DNA from: Gammaproteobacteria bacterium
GTDB taxonomy: Bacteria; Pseudomonadota; Gammaproteobacteria; Steroidobacterales; PWYM01
NCBI GenBank assembly: GCA_007693855.1
Contig: RECU01000063.1
Location: 472-64,471 of the forward strand
Reading direction: 5' to 3'
DNA length: 64,000 nt
Translations under genes and position numbers: made by a program
Notes under the pieces: generated by a model
What the model was told of the DNA's origin: nothing
Seen by the model: the letters and a program-made list of their open reading frames with translations, nothing else
The model's database searches: none
Part shown: piece after piece, positions 1-11,749 of the stretch
Numbering within the stretch: the stretch's first letter is position 1
Layout: each line of letters starts with the position of its first letter

Positions 1-324
1 GCGCGGATTCCGGCCGAGCACAAGGTGCCCGAAGGCGGCAAGTACGTGCTCCGTGAGGCGGCCCGACGGGTGATTCCTGCCGGCGTGATTGACCGGCCGA
101 AAGGCTACTTTCCGGTGCCGGCACTGAAGTATCTGCGCGGGCCGTACCTCGAACGCGTCCGTGACGTGCTCACCGATCGGCGGGCGCGCGAGCGCGGCCT
201 GTTCAACCCGCGCTATGTCGACACGCTGCTGGCCGCGCCGGAAGCGCACATCACGCCGCTGCGCGGCTCCAAGCTCTGGCAGCTCGCCCTGCTGGAGACC
301 TGGCTCCAGACCCGGGGGCTGTAG
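1..324 (+). CDS. asnO: asparagine synthase-family glutamine amidotransferase of the NAGGN pathway, C-terminal fragment (5' end outside window)
   Basis: The frame-1 ORF is open from base 1; the ORF track starts it at an internal GTG at 25. The tail (..RPKGYFPVPALKYL..KLWQLALLETWL..) is typical of asparagine-synthase C-termini. The stop is 3 nt before ngg. Confidence 0.7.
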   Translation, partial: ARIPAEHKVPEGGKYVLREAARRVIPAGVIDRPKGYFPVPALKYLRGPYLERVRDVLTDRRARERGLFNPRYVDTLLAAPEAHITPLRGSKLWQLALLETWLQTRGL

Positions 325-327
325 CCC

Positions 328-2115
328 ATGACCGATCGCCGGCACCGCCATCCGCAACGCCCGCAGCAGTACCGGATCGACCGCCTGCGCTCGCGGACCA
401 TGCGCCCGGCCGGGGGGGCCGGGCGCGACCAGGAGGGCACGCCGCCAAGCAACGTAAGCCTCGACTGCGGCTGGGGCAAACTGCATTTCGCCCAGACTTT
501 CGAAGACGCCGCCGACCTCACGCGCGCACTGCAGAACGAGCGCCCCGATCAGCGCGATATCGCCTTCTACGTGCGCGATCCGCACGTGGTCCTCAGCAAG
601 GCGCCGCAGGACGTGTTCCTCGACCCCTCGCACACCTACCGGCTGGACCTGCACACCTACCGGCCCAGCCGCGGGCGCCATCCCGGATTCCACATCCGCC
701 GGCTGTGCACCCTGGCCGACGCCGAAGCGGTCAACCGGATCTATGCCGCCTGGCACATGGTGCAGGTCGATCCGCAGTTCTTCTGGGCCAAGCGCGACAG
801 CCGCGCGCTGACCGTCTTCGTTGCCGAGGACGATGCCAGCGGCGAGATCCTCGGGGCCGTCACCGGGGTCGATCACCGCCGGGTGTTCGAAGACCCGGAG
901 TGCGGTTCCTCGCTGTGGTGCCTGGCGGTGGACCCGCAGGCGCAGCATCCGCGCCTCGGGGAAATGCTGGTGCGCCAGCTCGCCGAGCATTTCCAGACCC
1001 GCGGCTGCCACTACATGGACCTCTCGGTGCTGCACGACAACAGCAAGGCCATTGCGCTGTACGAAAAACTCGGCTTCGTCCGGGTGCCGGTGTTCGCGCT
1101 GAAAAATCGCAATTCGATCAATGAAAAGCTGTTCTCGGGGCCGCCGCCCGAAGATGCCCTGAACCCTTATGCCCGGATCATCGTCGACGAAGCCCGCCGG
1201 CGCGGCATCAATCTCGAGGTGCTCGACGCTGAGGCCGGTTATTTCCGGCTGAGCTACGGTGGCCGCGCGGTCGTCTGCCGGGAATCACTGACCGAGCTGA
1301 CCACGGCGATCGCCATGAGCCGCTGCGATGACAAGGCCGTCACCCGGCGCATCATGGCGGGCGCCGGCCTGTCCGTACCGCGCCAGCAGGCCGCAGGCGA
1401 CGCCGAGGCCAATGCCGCGTTTCTCGAGGAATGCGCCAGCCTGGTGGTCAAGCCCGCGCGCGGCGAACAGGGCCGGGGCATCAGTGTCGATATCGATGAT
1501 GCCGCTGGGCTGGAAGCCGCCATCGCGGCGGCGCGCCAGGTGGACGCCAATGTCCTGCTCGAGGAATTCGTGGCCGGCCAGGACCTGCGGGTCATCGTCA
1601 TCGATTACCGTGTCGTCGCCGCGGCGGTGCGCCGCCCGCCGCGCGTGCGCGGCAACGGCCAGCACTCGGTGCGCCAGCTGATCGAGCGTCAGAGCCGTCG
1701 CCGACAGGCGGCCACCGGGGGCGAGTCGCGCATCCCCATCGACGCCGAAACGGAACGCTGCCTGGCCCGTGAAGGTCTCACGCTCGACGATATCCCCGAG
1801 GAGGGCCGCGCCATCGAGGTCCGCCGTACGGCCAACCTGCACACCGGGGGCACCATCCATGACGTCACCGACGAGCTCAGCCTGACGCTGGTCCAGGCGG
1901 CCGTGCAGGCGGCCCGGGCGCTTGGCATCCCGGTGGTCGGCATGGACCTCATGGTGCCCGACCCGGCCGGAGAGGAGTACTGGATCATCGAGGCCAACGA
2001 GCGTCCCGGGCTGGCCAACCACGAGCCCCAACCGACCGCCGAGCGCTTCGTCGACCTGCTCTTTCCGCAATCCATCCCGACGCATCTGCGCAAGTATCGA
2101 GGGAGCCATCTTTGA
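328..2115 (+). CDS. ngg: N-acetylglutaminylglutamine synthetase (GNAT acetyltransferase fused to ATP-grasp ligase)
   Basis: 595 aa. The N-terminal half is GNAT-like (..SKAIALYEKLGFVRV..). The C-terminal half is an ATP-grasp ligase of RimK/cyanophycin-synthetase type (..VVKPARGEQGRGI.., ..IIEANERPGLANH..). It sits between the amidotransferase and the M42 peptidase, as in known NAGGN clusters. Confidence 0.8.
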   Translation: MTDRRHRHPQRPQQYRIDRLRSRTMRPAGGAGRDQEGTPPSNVSLDCGWGKLHFAQTFEDAADLTRALQNERPDQRDIAFYVRDPHVVLSKAPQDVFLDPSHTYRLDLHTYRPSRGRHPGFHIRRLCTLADAEAVNRIYAAWHMVQVDPQFFWAKRDSRALTVFVAEDDASGEILGAVTGVDHRRVFEDPECGSSLWCLAVDPQAQHPRLGEMLVRQLAEHFQTRGCHYMDLSVLHDNSKAIALYEKLGFVRVPVFALKNRNSINEKLFSGPPPEDALNPYARIIVDEARRRGINLEVLDAEAGYFRLSYGGRAVVCRESLTELTTAIAMSRCDDKAVTRRIMAGAGLSVPRQQAAGDAEANAAFLEECASLVVKPARGEQGRGISVDIDDAAGLEAAIAAARQVDANVLLEEFVAGQDLRVIVIDYRVVAAAVRRPPRVRGNGQHSVRQLIERQSRRRQAATGGESRIPIDAETERCLAREGLTLDDIPEEGRAIEVRRTANLHTGGTIHDVTDELSLTLVQAAVQAARALGIPVVGMDLMVPDPAGEEYWIIEANERPGLANHEPQPTAERFVDLLFPQSIPTHLRKYRGSHL

Positions 2116-3242
2116 AACGTCTGAAAATCGACAGTGCCTACCTGAAGAAAATCCTCAAGAAGCTCCTGGAGATCCCCAGCCCCTCGGGCTATACGGACCA
2201 GATCGTCCACTTCTGCTGCCGCGAACTCGAGCGCCTGGACGTACCCTACGAACTCACCCGGCGCGGTGCCATCCGGGCGGTGCTCAAGGGCCAGCAGCAC
2301 ACGCCGGCGCGGGCGCTGATCGCCCATGTGGACACGCTCGGCGCCCAGGTCAAGGATCTCAAGGACAATGGCCGACTGGCGCTGGTGCGGATCGGGCACT
2401 GGTCGTCACGCTTCGCCGAAGGTGCGCGCTGCACCGTATTCACCCGCCAGGGCGCCTACCGGGGCACCATCCTGCCCCTGAAAGCCTCGGGCCACACCTT
2501 CAACGAGGAAATCGACACCCAGCCGGTCTCGTGGGATCACATCGAGCTGCGCGTCGATGCAATGTGCTTCGGGCGCAAGGACCTGTTCGACCTGGGCTTT
2601 GCCATCGGCGACTTTGTCGCCATCGATCCGCAGCCGGAATTCCTCGACAACGGCTTCATCAACTCGCGACATCTCGATGACAAGGCCGGTGTGGCGGTGA
2701 TGTTCGCGACCATCAAGTCCCTCAAGGAAGCGGCGCTCGAGCTGCCGGTGGACACCTACTTCCTGTATTCGATCGCCGAGGAGGTGGGGGTCGGCGCCTC
2801 CACCATTCTGCATGGCGACATCGCCTCCATGGTGACCATCGATAATGGCACGCAGGCCCCCGGACAGAACTCCAGCGAGTTCGGTGTCACCGTGGCCATG
2901 GCCGACATGACCGGCCCCTTCGACTACCACCTCACCCGCAAGCTGATCGATCTCTGTGAGGACTATGGCATCCGCCATCACAAGGACATCTTCCGCTACT
3001 ATCGCTGTGACAGTGCCTCGGCCATCGAGGCCGGCAACGACATCCGTACGGCGCTGATCACTTTCGGCATCGATGCCAGCCACGGTTACGAACGAATCCA
3101 CATGCATGCCCTGATCTCGCTCTCGGAGCTGGTCGGCCTGTACGCCCAGAGCCCGGTGAAAATCGCCCGTGACGCCATCGAACTCGGGCCCCTCAAGGGC
3201 TTCACGCATCAGCCGGTGAAACGCGCGGAAGGTGCGGAGTAA
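2112..3242 (+). CDS. M42 family metallopeptidase associated with the NAGGN osmoprotectant system
   Basis: M42 metal-ligand motifs are present (AHVDTLG, RHLDDKAG, IAEEVG, DASHGYE). A TTG start overlaps the ngg stop (TTGA) and is preceded by GGGAG. Confidence 0.8.
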   Translation: MKRLKIDSAYLKKILKKLLEIPSPSGYTDQIVHFCCRELERLDVPYELTRRGAIRAVLKGQQHTPARALIAHVDTLGAQVKDLKDNGRLALVRIGHWSSRFAEGARCTVFTRQGAYRGTILPLKASGHTFNEEIDTQPVSWDHIELRVDAMCFGRKDLFDLGFAIGDFVAIDPQPEFLDNGFINSRHLDDKAGVAVMFATIKSLKEAALELPVDTYFLYSIAEEVGVGASTILHGDIASMVTIDNGTQAPGQNSSEFGVTVAMADMTGPFDYHLTRKLIDLCEDYGIRHHKDIFRYYRCDSASAIEAGNDIRTALITFGIDASHGYERIHMHALISLSELVGLYAQSPVKIARDAIELGPLKGFTHQPVKRAEGAE

Positions 3243-4168
3243 TGAAGGAGACCCCGATGATCTACCGCGCGATGCGCGATACCCCGGCCCGCCGCCTGAC
3301 CGCAGGGATGGCTGCCCTGGCGCTGTTGCTGTTCACGTGGCTCGGCGCGGCCCAGGCCGACGTTGGCCAGCCGGCGGCCTGGGCGCTTGAGCGCGACGAC
3401 AGCCGGATCGTGCTGCTGGGCTCGATCCATCTCCTGCCGCCTGGCATGGCCGAGCTGCCGACGCGCGTGCGCGAGCTCTATGAGCACGCCGACACCCTGA
3501 TCATGGAGCTCGCGATGGACCAGCTCGACCCGGTGGCCTTCCAGCGGGAGGTGAACCGGCTCGGCAGCCAGCCCGAAGGCGGCTCGCTGGCCGCCAGCCT
3601 GGGGGAAGCCCGCTGGCAGGAGGCGCAGGCGCTGGCGCGCGAAATCGACCTCGATCTCATGCTGCTTGGGAACGTCAAGCCGTGGCTGGCCGCGCTGACC
3701 ATCACCCAGCTCAGGCTCGTACAGCTCGGCTTCGCCGCGGAGTTCGGTCTGGAGGTCCAGCTGACTGGTCTGGCGGTGCGTGACGGCAAGCCGATCGAGG
3801 GCCTGGAGACCGCCGAAGCACAGCTCGGGGTGTTCGCCGGCCTGTCGAACGACGAGCAGATCGACATGCTGATGCAGAGTCTCGGGGATGCGGTCACGCT
3901 GCGCGACGACGTCGATACGATCGTCTCCGCCTGGCGCAGCGGTGATGTCGCGCGCATGGATGACGAACTGCTCGCGCCGGTGCGGGAATCTCCAGGGCTC
4001 TACGAGGCGGTGGTGGTGCAGCGCAATCGCGACTGGATCGCGCCGATCGAGGCGCTGCTGGAGCGCCCGGGCACGCATCTCGTCGTGGTCGGCGCCCTGC
4101 ATCTGGTCGGCGAAGACAGTGTGGTCGCGATGCTGGAAGCCCGCGGCCACGCGCTGCAGCGCCTCTGA
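3242..4168 (+). CDS. TraB/GumN family protein (exported)
   Basis: It has a signal-like N-terminus and the family motifs LLGSIHLLPPG and VVVGALHLVGEDSVV. The ATG overlaps the preceding stop (TAATG). Confidence 0.75.
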   Translation: MKETPMIYRAMRDTPARRLTAGMAALALLLFTWLGAAQADVGQPAAWALERDDSRIVLLGSIHLLPPGMAELPTRVRELYEHADTLIMELAMDQLDPVAFQREVNRLGSQPEGGSLAASLGEARWQEAQALAREIDLDLMLLGNVKPWLAALTITQLRLVQLGFAAEFGLEVQLTGLAVRDGKPIEGLETAEAQLGVFAGLSNDEQIDMLMQSLGDAVTLRDDVDTIVSAWRSGDVARMDDELLAPVRESPGLYEAVVVQRNRDWIAPIEALLERPGTHLVVVGALHLVGEDSVVAMLEARGHALQRL

Positions 4169-4190
4169 GCCGGCCTCCCCGGCCGAGGAC

Positions 4191-4355
4191 TCAGACTTCG
4201 GTCATCTCGAAATCTTCCTTGCCGGCACCGCAGTCCGGACACCGCCAGGACAGCGGCACGTCGGCCCAGGCCGTGCCCGGCGCAAGGCCGGCATCGGGAT
4301 CGCCTGCAGCCTCGTCGTACACGTAACCGCAGATCAGACACATCCATGTTTTCAT
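4191..4355 (-). CDS. rubredoxin
   Basis: 54 aa from [15 protein letters not shown].. with two CxxCG iron knuckles (CLICG, CPDCG) and WxxxPxxWxCP spacing. Confidence 0.9.
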   Translation of the reverse strand: MKTWMCLICGYVYDEAAGDPDAGLAPGTAWADVPLSWRCPDCGAGKEDFEMTEV

Positions 4356-4479
4356 CGGGACACCACGAGGTAACAATACACCGCGCGCATTGTCCCACCT
4401 CCGGCACTGTCGGCAAAATAGCCGATCACCGCAGTCGCACGGACTGCCGCCACTTCAAGCACTCGAGCAAGGACGCCCA

Positions 4480-5754
4480 ATGAGCAGCACACTGATCGAA
4501 CAGGCCCGTGAGGTCATTCCCGGTGGCGTGAATTCACCGGTCCGCGCCTTTGGCGCCGTCGGCGGCGACCCGGTCTTCATCCGCGAGGCGAGCGGCGCCT
4601 ACATGTGGGGCGAGGATGGCCGCCGGTATATCGACTACATCGGCTCCTGGGGGCCGATGATCCTCGGGCATGCCCACCCTTCGGTGATCGAGGCGGTCCG
4701 CGACGCCGCCACGCGGGGGCTCTCCTACGGTGCGCCCACCGTGGCCGAGACCACGCTCGCCCGCCGCATCCGCGACCTCGTGCCTTCGATGGAACTCACC
4801 CGGATGTGCAGCTCCGGCACCGAGGCCACCATGAGCGCCATCCGGCTGGCCCGCGGCTACACCGGCCGCGACACCATCGTGAAATTCGAAGGCTGTTACC
4901 ACGGGCACTCGGACTCGCTGCTGATCAAGGCGGGCTCAGGCGCACTGACCCTTGGTGTGCCGAGCTCTCCCGGTGTGCCCGCCGCGCTGGCTGCCCACAC
5001 CCTGACCCTGGACTTCAACGACACCGCCCAGCTCGAGCAGCTGTTCGCCGAGCGCGGCGGCGAGCTTGCCTGCGTGATCATCGAGCCGATCACCGGCAAC
5101 ATGAACATGATCGCGCCGGAGCCCGGCTATCTGGAAACGCTGCGCCGGCTCTGCGATGAACACGGCGTGGTGCTGATCTTCGATGAAGTCATGACCGGCT
5201 TCCGCGTCCATCGCGGCGGTGCGCAGGGGCTGCTCGGCGTGCGCCCGGACCTCACCACGCTCGGCAAGATCATCGGTGGCGGGATGCCGGTAGGCGCATT
5301 CGGTGGCCGGCGCGAGATCATGGCGCAGCTGGCGCCGCTGGGGCCCGTCTACCAGGCCGGCACGCTGTCAGGCAATCCGGTGGCGATGGCTGCCGGCCTG
5401 GCCACCCTGGAAGGGCTCAGCCGACCGGGCTTCCACGAGGCGCTTGCCGAGCGCACCCGAGCCCTGGTCGACGGGCTGAAGGCCGCCGCCGACGAGGCCG
5501 ACGTCCCGATGTGCGTGGAGGCGATTGGCGGGATGTTCGGCTGCTTTTTCACCGACGCACCGAAAGTCACGCGTTACGCCCAGGTCGTGGCCTGCGACCA
5601 GACGCGCTTCCGGGCCTTCTTCCACGGCATGCTCTCGCGCGGGATTTACCTCGCGCCCTCGGCCTTCGAGGCGGGCTTCGTCTCCGGCGCCCACAGCGAA
5701 GCCGACATTGCCGAGACGATCGCGGCGGCCCGCGAGGTGTTCGCCAGTCTGTAG
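4480..5754 (+). CDS. hemL: glutamate-1-semialdehyde 2,1-aminomutase
   Basis: [24 protein letters not shown].. is the classic HemL N-terminus. The protein is class III aminotransferase throughout. The ORF-track start at 4390 gives a non-conserved extension. Confidence 0.95.
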   Translation: MSSTLIEQAREVIPGGVNSPVRAFGAVGGDPVFIREASGAYMWGEDGRRYIDYIGSWGPMILGHAHPSVIEAVRDAATRGLSYGAPTVAETTLARRIRDLVPSMELTRMCSSGTEATMSAIRLARGYTGRDTIVKFEGCYHGHSDSLLIKAGSGALTLGVPSSPGVPAALAAHTLTLDFNDTAQLEQLFAERGGELACVIIEPITGNMNMIAPEPGYLETLRRLCDEHGVVLIFDEVMTGFRVHRGGAQGLLGVRPDLTTLGKIIGGGMPVGAFGGRREIMAQLAPLGPVYQAGTLSGNPVAMAAGLATLEGLSRPGFHEALAERTRALVDGLKAAADEADVPMCVEAIGGMFGCFFTDAPKVTRYAQVVACDQTRFRAFFHGMLSRGIYLAPSAFEAGFVSGAHSEADIAETIAAAREVFASL

Positions 5755-5784
5755 GGCAACCGACCCATCGAGCCCGCCAGTCGC

Positions 5785-5808
5785 CGCCCAGTGGCTACCG
5801 ACTGGGCG
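5785..5808. terminator. 8-bp GC hairpin between convergent hemL and glcB (possible bidirectional terminator, no U tract)
   Basis: cgcccagt-ggctaccg-actgggcg is read directly from the sequence. Its function is inferred only from position. Confidence 0.3.
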
Positions 5809-5812
5809 CGGC

Positions 5813-8017
5813 TCAGCCGGGCCGGTCGCTTTTGTATTTCAGCCGCCAGGCATGCAGCAGGGGCTCGGTGTAGCCGGACGGCTGGGTCGAGCCCTCGAAG
5901 ACCAGATCACAGGCTGCGCGGAAGGCGTGTGAGGCCGCGAAGTCCGGCGCCATCGGCCGATAGGCTGGATCGCCGGCATTCTGCCGATCCACCACCTCGG
6001 CCATGCGCTCGAGCGAGGCCTGCACATCCTCCCGGCTGACGATCCCGTGGCGCAGCCAGTTGGCGATGTGCTGACTGGAGATGCGCAGCGTGGCGCGGTC
6101 TTCCATCAGCCCCACGCCATGGATGTCCGGCACCTTGGAGCAGCCCACGCCCTGCTCCACCCAACGCACCACATAGCCGAGGATACCCTGACAGTTATTG
6201 TCGAGCTCCTCGCGACGGGCCTGGTCCGGCCAGTCCGGCGACCCTGCCACCGGCACGGTGAGCAGCGCCTCAAGACGCGCGTCGGCATCGTCAGGCCCCT
6301 CGGCCAGCGCCGCCTGACGCGCGGCCACATCGACGTCGTGATAATGCAGGGCGTGCAGGACCGCCGCCGTCGGCGAGGGCACCCACGCCGTGCTGGCACC
6401 GGCCTGCGGATGGCCGATCTTCTGCTCGAGCATCGCAGCCATCAGATCCGGCATGGCCCACATGCCCTTGCCGATCTGCGCCCGCCCGGCCAGACCGCAG
6501 TCCAACCCGACCCGCACATTGTTGCGCTCGTAGGCCTGGATCCAGGCGGCGGTTTTCATGTCGCCCTTGCGGAGCATGGGCCCGGCTTCCATGGCCGTGT
6601 GCATCTCGTCGCCGGTGCGATCGAGGAAGCCTGTGTTGATGAACACCACGCGCGAGGCGGCCGCGGCGATGCAGGCGGCGAGGTTCAGCGTGGTGCGCCG
6701 TTCCTCATCCATGATGCCCATCTTGAGCGTGTCCCGCGGCAGCCCGAGCATGTCCTCGACGCGCGCGAACAGCGTGCTGGCGAAGGCCACCTCCGCCGGG
6801 CCATGCATCTTCGGCTTGACGATGTACACCGACCCCGTGCGCGAGTTCCGGATGGCGCTGTCGCCCTGGTCATCCTCGCCACGACGCAGATCGTGCAGCG
6901 CCAGCAGGCTGGTGATCGCGGCGTCCAGCAACCCCTCGAACACCTCATTTCCCTCGGCGTCCAGCACGGCCGGGGTGGTCATCAGGTGACCCACGTTGCG
7001 CACGAACATCAGCGCGCGGCCGTGCAGGCTCAGCCCCTGGCCATCAGGGGCCTGGTATTCGCGATCCGCGGCCAGCCGGCGGGTGACCTGGCGCCCGCCC
7101 TTCTCGAAGCGCTCCTCGAGATCCCCGCGCATCAGGCCGAGCCAGTTCCGATAGACCCCGACCTTGTCTGCGGCATCTACCGCGGCGACCGAGTCCTCGC
7201 AGTCCATGATGGCAGATACCGCCGCCTCGACCAGTACGTCCTTGATCCCGGCGGCATCATCCCGCCCGACCGGGTGGTTCGGATCGAACTGGATCTCGAG
7301 GTGCAGCCCATGGTTCACCAGCAGCACGCAGTCAGGGTCATCCGCCGGGCCCCGCCAGCCGGCGAACTGGGCAGGCTCGAGCAGCCCCGTCAGCGCACCG
7401 TCACCCAGCGTCACCTCCAGCGTGCCGCCGCGCACGCGGTAGGCCTGTGCCTCGGCATGCGAGCCGTGCGCCAGCGGCGCCGCGCGGTCCAGGACGGCCC
7501 GCGCATAGGCGATCACCCGGGCACCACGCACCGGGTTGTAACCCTCACCGGCCGCGGCCCCAGCGTCATCGGCGATGGCATCGGTGCCGTACAGGGCATC
7601 GTAGAGACTGCCCCAGCGGGCGTTGGCGGCATTCAGCGCATAGCGGGCATTGCTGACGGGCACCACCAGCTGCGCACCCGCCAGAGAGGCGACTTCGACA
7701 TCGACGTTGGCGGTGCTGGCCTGCACCGTGGCCGGCACGGGTTGCAAATAGCCGATGTCCTCGAGAAAGGCGCGATAGGCCGGCAGATCCTCGATGGGGC
7801 CCGGGTGGGCACGGTGCCACTCGTCGATCGCCTGTTGCAGGCGCTCGCGCTCAACCAGCAGCGCCCGATTCTGCGGCGTGAGCTCGTGCACCAATGCATC
7901 GAGCCCTGCCCAGAAGTGCTCGGCGCTGACGCCGGTGCCTGGCAGGGCCTCGTGCTCGATGAAGTGGTCCAGCTCGGCGGCCACCGACAACCGTCCGCGG
8001 GTCATGCGCTTGCTCAT
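5813..8017 (-). CDS. glcB: malate synthase G
   Basis: [30 protein letters not shown].. aligns with the GlcB N-terminus, and the length (~734 aa) fits. AGGAGG lies just upstream of ATG 8017. Confidence 0.95.
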   Translation of the reverse strand: MSKRMTRGRLSVAAELDHFIEHEALPGTGVSAEHFWAGLDALVHELTPQNRALLVERERLQQAIDEWHRAHPGPIEDLPAYRAFLEDIGYLQPVPATVQASTANVDVEVASLAGAQLVVPVSNARYALNAANARWGSLYDALYGTDAIADDAGAAAGEGYNPVRGARVIAYARAVLDRAAPLAHGSHAEAQAYRVRGGTLEVTLGDGALTGLLEPAQFAGWRGPADDPDCVLLVNHGLHLEIQFDPNHPVGRDDAAGIKDVLVEAAVSAIMDCEDSVAAVDAADKVGVYRNWLGLMRGDLEERFEKGGRQVTRRLAADREYQAPDGQGLSLHGRALMFVRNVGHLMTTPAVLDAEGNEVFEGLLDAAITSLLALHDLRRGEDDQGDSAIRNSRTGSVYIVKPKMHGPAEVAFASTLFARVEDMLGLPRDTLKMGIMDEERRTTLNLAACIAAAASRVVFINTGFLDRTGDEMHTAMEAGPMLRKGDMKTAAWIQAYERNNVRVGLDCGLAGRAQIGKGMWAMPDLMAAMLEQKIGHPQAGASTAWVPSPTAAVLHALHYHDVDVAARQAALAEGPDDADARLEALLTVPVAGSPDWPDQARREELDNNCQGILGYVVRWVEQGVGCSKVPDIHGVGLMEDRATLRISSQHIANWLRHGIVSREDVQASLERMAEVVDRQNAGDPAYRPMAPDFAASHAFRAACDLVFEGSTQPSGYTEPLLHAWRLKYKSDRPG

Positions 8018-8051
8018 GTGACCTCCTGTCACGCCCTTGCGTCGAACCGCG

Positions 8052-8081
8052 ATGATAGCCGCAACGCCGCGGCGGCGACAA
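8052..8081 (-). promoter_or_regulatory. candidate sigma70 promoter for glcB (TTGTCG-N18-TATCAT)
   Basis: Hexamers read on the minus strand between the upstream terminator and the glcB start. Sequence match only. Confidence 0.3.
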
Positions 8082-8130
8082 AAGCACTCACCCGAAGCCG
8101 CCGGGCGGGTGGGCCCTGCCGCGACACCAC

Positions 8131-8161
8131 AAAAAAGGGCCGGGACATGACGTCCCGGCCC
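8131..8161 (-). terminator. Rho-independent terminator of the TonB-dependent receptor gene
   Basis: The minus strand reads gggccgggac-gtcat-gtcccggccc followed by TTTTTT, 26 nt after the stop at 8187. Confidence 0.7.
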
Positions 8162-8186
8162 CGAAGGGACTCCCCTGTGTGCCCGC

Positions 8187-11100
8187 TCAGAAGCTCAGCT
8201 GCGCCCCGAGGAAGAAGTACCGGCCACGCGGACCGACCGGCCAGGAGACATTGGTAATGAACGGCTCGCGATCGGTGACATTGTTCACGCCGCCGTAGAT
8301 GCGCAGGTCGTCGTTGTACCACCAGCTGGCGTTCATGTTGTGCACGAAGGTGCTGCCGGTGAAGCCCGCGTCACCATAGAGCTGCTGGGTGACGGTCACA
8401 TCACCGAGCAGCAGCGACTGGCTGCTCTGGTAGAGCGTCTGCCAGCCGGCCGACAGCGGCCCGCGCTGCCAGTTGAGGCTGGCCTGGGCATTCCACTTCG
8501 GCGTGCGCCGCTCGCGCAGACGCGGATCCACGGCCGTGGGATCCGTGCGGCTGGTGAAGCGGTCCAGCTTCTCCTGCTTGGAACCGATCAGACGGACGTT
8601 GAAGTCGTTGTCGCCGAGCGAGAAACCGTAAGCTGCGGCGAAATCGTAACCCCGGGCCTTCAGCGACGCGAAGTTCACGAAGGTCTGGTTCACGAAGCGG
8701 AAGCCGCCGAACTGCGCACTCGAGGGGTTGGTCTCGCGCGTGAACAGGGTGCAGAACACGTTGTTCGGGAAGTCCGCCGCGTCATAGCAGCTGTCCACCG
8801 TCTCCTGCGCGGTGATGGCCTCGATGCCGTCCTTCAGCTCGACGTCCCAGTAGTCGACGGTGAGCGAGAAGCCCGGCAGGAAGCTCGGCTGCAGCACGAA
8901 GCCGATCGTAAACGTGTCCGCGGTCTCCTCCTCGAGCTCCGCGTTGCCCCCGAGCACACCACCGAAGCGCGCCGACAGCGGATCCGTGAACCCGGGCGGC
9001 AGGGCCGGCAGCGGCAGGCCAGCGGCCTCGGCGCCCGCCTGGCAGTTGGCCGCACGCAATGCGGCATCCGGCGCGTTGGCGATCTCCGCGGCATCGCAGG
9101 GGTCCACCGGCCGGAAGGTGGCCGGGTTGGTGATGAAGGTCTCGCGCAGGTTCGGCGCGCGCACCGCCCGGGAAATCGTGCCACGGAAGCTGATGTCATC
9201 GACCGGGGCATACACCAGACCCACCTTCCAGGCATCCACGCCGCCGATCCGGTTGTAGTCGGCATAGCGGTAGGCCGCGTCGAAGGTCAGCTCGCGGGCG
9301 AAACGCTGGTCGGCGATCAGCGGCACGGCGATTTCGATGAAGGCTTCGGTCGACTCGATCCGACCGCTGGAATCGCGGTAGATGAACAGGTTGTCGAAGC
9401 CCAGCGAGTTGTTGCCGCTCACATCGGCGATATTGGTGCCCGCGGGGAATGGCGAGCCCGGCGGCAGGATGCCCTGCAGGAACGGGTCGCGACGGCTGGT
9501 GGCCTTCTCGCTGCGGTGCTCGCCGCCGACGGCGAAGCCGATCGGGCCGGCCGGCAGGTTCAGGAAATTCTCCGTGTCACCGACCAGCTGGGCGGTGAAC
9601 ACCCGCTGTCGGTACTTGAACTCGTCACGCAACGTGGGGTTGAAGAATTCTGCTGCCGCGGGATCGATGGAGTTCTGACCGCCCCAGATGTTGGCCGGCA
9701 CGCACTGGCCGTCGCCCGGGGTGAAGCTGTAGATGCCAGGATCGAAGTCCGGAATCCCGAACAGGGTGGTGAACGGTACGGCATCCGGATCGAGATCTGA
9801 ACGGCAGACCGGGTTGCCCGTCGCCGGATCGGTCACCACGTCGATGGCCGCAAAGAAGCGGTCCAGGATGATGGTGTTGAAGCGGTCCTTGCGGTCGAAG
9901 TTGCCGACGTTGGCGGCCACCTCCCAGAACCAGCCGTTGTTCAACTCGCCCTCGAGCCCGGCGACCACGCGCATGGTGTCGCGGTCGATGTCGGTACGGG
10001 AACCGCCGGTGTCGGTGGGATCGCGGGTGATCCACAGCCCCCCCGGCAGCCCGGTGATCGCCCCGGCGAACCCACCCGGCTCGACCGCGCTGGTGCCCAG
10101 CAGTTCCTGCGGCAGGAAGGGGTTCTCCGGCGACCCATAGAGCAGGTCGAAGAAGCCGTTCTGGATGACGTTGCGGCGGCTTTCGCCGCGCGAGTACGCC
10201 AGCTCGCCGAAGGCATTGACGCTGCTGGTCAGCTCGTAACGGCCGTTGAGGTTCAGGGTCAGCTGACGGGTCTTCGGGTAGAGCGAGTCGGCGTTGTAGC
10301 GATCGGGCACGCCGTCGCCGCCGAACTGGTTGAAGCTGCCGACCACCAGGCCATCCTGGTAGGGTCGCAGTTGGCCGTCGCCAGTGCGGGTCCAGCACCC
10401 CCCGGCGTAGTCGAAGCGGAAAATACCGTCCTGCTGCCAGCCGGGATCACCCAGCACCGAGGGCAGGTAGAACTGGTTGTTGAAGCCCACGAAGGACTGA
10501 TCGCAGTCGGGTGTGCCGTCGCCGTCCAGATCCACATCGTGGAAGATGTCGAGATTGAACGGCGAGATGATGCCCGGCGCGTTGCTGATGGAGAACGTCG
10601 GCTGCGGCAGGATCGCGCGCGAGGGAGCATTGCTGCGACGCTCGATCAGTGCCAGCTCGGCCGGCGACAGGTCCGCGACGGTCAGCGATGTGCCATTCAC
10701 CGTGTTGTAACGATCGAGAAAGTTCTCGGCCGTCTGCGGGATGAACAGACCGTAGGGGAAGCGGAATTCATCGGTGTTGTAGAACTCGAAGAACAGCGGT
10801 GTGGCCGAGGCCGAAATGTCGCCCTTCTGGAAGCGCAGATCCGGGTTGGCCTGGCCGCGGGCAATCCCGTTGTTGCGCGACCAGGGACGATCACCGGTGC
10901 GCAGGGCGTTGTCCTGGCGGAAATCAGCGGCGAACACCAGGTTGCCGCGCCCGCCGGCGAAATTCAGGCCGCCGATATAATCCACGTTGAGCGATTCGGC
11001 GTCGCCGCGGCTGGACAGGCCGCCGCGTACATTGAGCTCCTGGCCCTCGAAATCGTCCTTGAGGATGAAGTTCACCACACCCGTGACCGCATCGGCGCCA

Positions 11101-11603
11101 TACACGGCGGAGGCGCCGCCGGTCAGCACCTCGACGCGCTCGATCAGCGCGTTCGGGATGGAGCTGATGTCCACGGCCGCGCTGCCCTCGGTACCGCCGC
11201 CGACATAGCGACGGCCGTTCACCAGCGTCAGGGTGCGCGTTGAGCCCAGGCCCCGCAGGTTCAGGACGTTGGTACCGGTGGTGCTGTTTTCGGCGCTTTC
11301 AGACCCCAGCAGGGCGGGCACGCGGTTCAGCACATCGGCGATATTGGGCTGGCCCGAGAGGCGGATCTCGTCCTCGGAGACCAGCTGCACCGGCACCGGC
11401 GAGGCGAGATTCGGATCACGCGCGATGCGTGTTCCGGTGACGACGATCTCTTCGAGCAGCTGGGGGGCGCCCTCGGCGTCCTGAGCGGCCGCAGGCGCGG
11501 CCATCATGGCCATCGCGGTAGCGACGGCAGCGGCGACCGGCGCGCCGGCGCGGCGACGGGTAAAGTGCTGTGCCCGCAGGCGGGCGTGGGACGTGGGGGC
11601 CAT
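8187..11603 (-). CDS. TonB-dependent receptor (1138 aa)
   Basis: It has a signal peptide, a plug motif ([50 protein letters not shown]) and a C-terminal barrel ending in ..[15 protein letters not shown] lies 6 nt before ATG 11603. Confidence 0.9.
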   Translation of the reverse strand: MAPTSHARLRAQHFTRRRAGAPVAAAVATAMAMMAAPAAAQDAEGAPQLLEEIVVTGTRIARDPNLASPVPVQLVSEDEIRLSGQPNIADVLNRVPALLGSESAENSTTGTNVLNLRGLGSTRTLTLVNGRRYVGGGTEGSAAVDISSIPNALIERVEVLTGGASAVYGADAVTGVVNFILKDDFEGQELNVRGGLSSRGDAESLNVDYIGGLNFAGGRGNLVFAADFRQDNALRTGDRPWSRNNGIARGQANPDLRFQKGDISASATPLFFEFYNTDEFRFPYGLFIPQTAENFLDRYNTVNGTSLTVADLSPAELALIERRSNAPSRAILPQPTFSISNAPGIISPFNLDIFHDVDLDGDGTPDCDQSFVGFNNQFYLPSVLGDPGWQQDGIFRFDYAGGCWTRTGDGQLRPYQDGLVVGSFNQFGGDGVPDRYNADSLYPKTRQLTLNLNGRYELTSSVNAFGELAYSRGESRRNVIQNGFFDLLYGSPENPFLPQELLGTSAVEPGGFAGAITGLPGGLWITRDPTDTGGSRTDIDRDTMRVVAGLEGELNNGWFWEVAANVGNFDRKDRFNTIILDRFFAAIDVVTDPATGNPVCRSDLDPDAVPFTTLFGIPDFDPGIYSFTPGDGQCVPANIWGGQNSIDPAAAEFFNPTLRDEFKYRQRVFTAQLVGDTENFLNLPAGPIGFAVGGEHRSEKATSRRDPFLQGILPPGSPFPAGTNIADVSGNNSLGFDNLFIYRDSSGRIESTEAFIEIAVPLIADQRFARELTFDAAYRYADYNRIGGVDAWKVGLVYAPVDDISFRGTISRAVRAPNLRETFITNPATFRPVDPCDAAEIANAPDAALRAANCQAGAEAAGLPLPALPPGFTDPLSARFGGVLGGNAELEEETADTFTIGFVLQPSFLPGFSLTVDYWDVELKDGIEAITAQETVDSCYDAADFPNNVFCTLFTRETNPSSAQFGGFRFVNQTFVNFASLKARGYDFAAAYGFSLGDNDFNVRLIGSKQEKLDRFTSRTDPTAVDPRLRERRTPKWNAQASLNWQRGPLSAGWQTLYQSSQSLLLGDVTVTQQLYGDAGFTGSTFVHNMNASWWYNDDLRIYGGVNNVTDREPFITNVSWPVGPRGRYFFLGAQLSF

Positions 11604-11749
11604 GCTGGTTCCTCCGCGGAAGTCTCGAGACAGGACGTTGTCGTTGCGCTGTGGACGCGGGCATGGTCCAGTCATGCCGCATCCTCCCCTGGTGCTGCGC
11701 CCTGATCAGCCGGCAAAAAACCACGGACTGGCCCAGGACACAGATCATG

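Noticed and set aside
6047-8257. Very long ORFs antisense to confidently identified genes. Examples are 6047..8257+ (736 aa) opposite glcB, 22715..25003+ opposite the GGDEF-EAL gene and 43838..45427+ opposite the S41 peptidase. Others are 50215..52266- opposite rpoD, 16459..17913- opposite pfp, 46333..47700+ opposite tsaD, and 29775..31334+ and 31809..33170+ opposite nrdJa.
   Set aside because: Their translations are Arg/Ala/Gly/Pro/His-rich, low-complexity and carry no recognisable motifs. The opposite strand encodes textbook proteins. Open antisense frames are expected in DNA this GC-rich because stop codons are rare.
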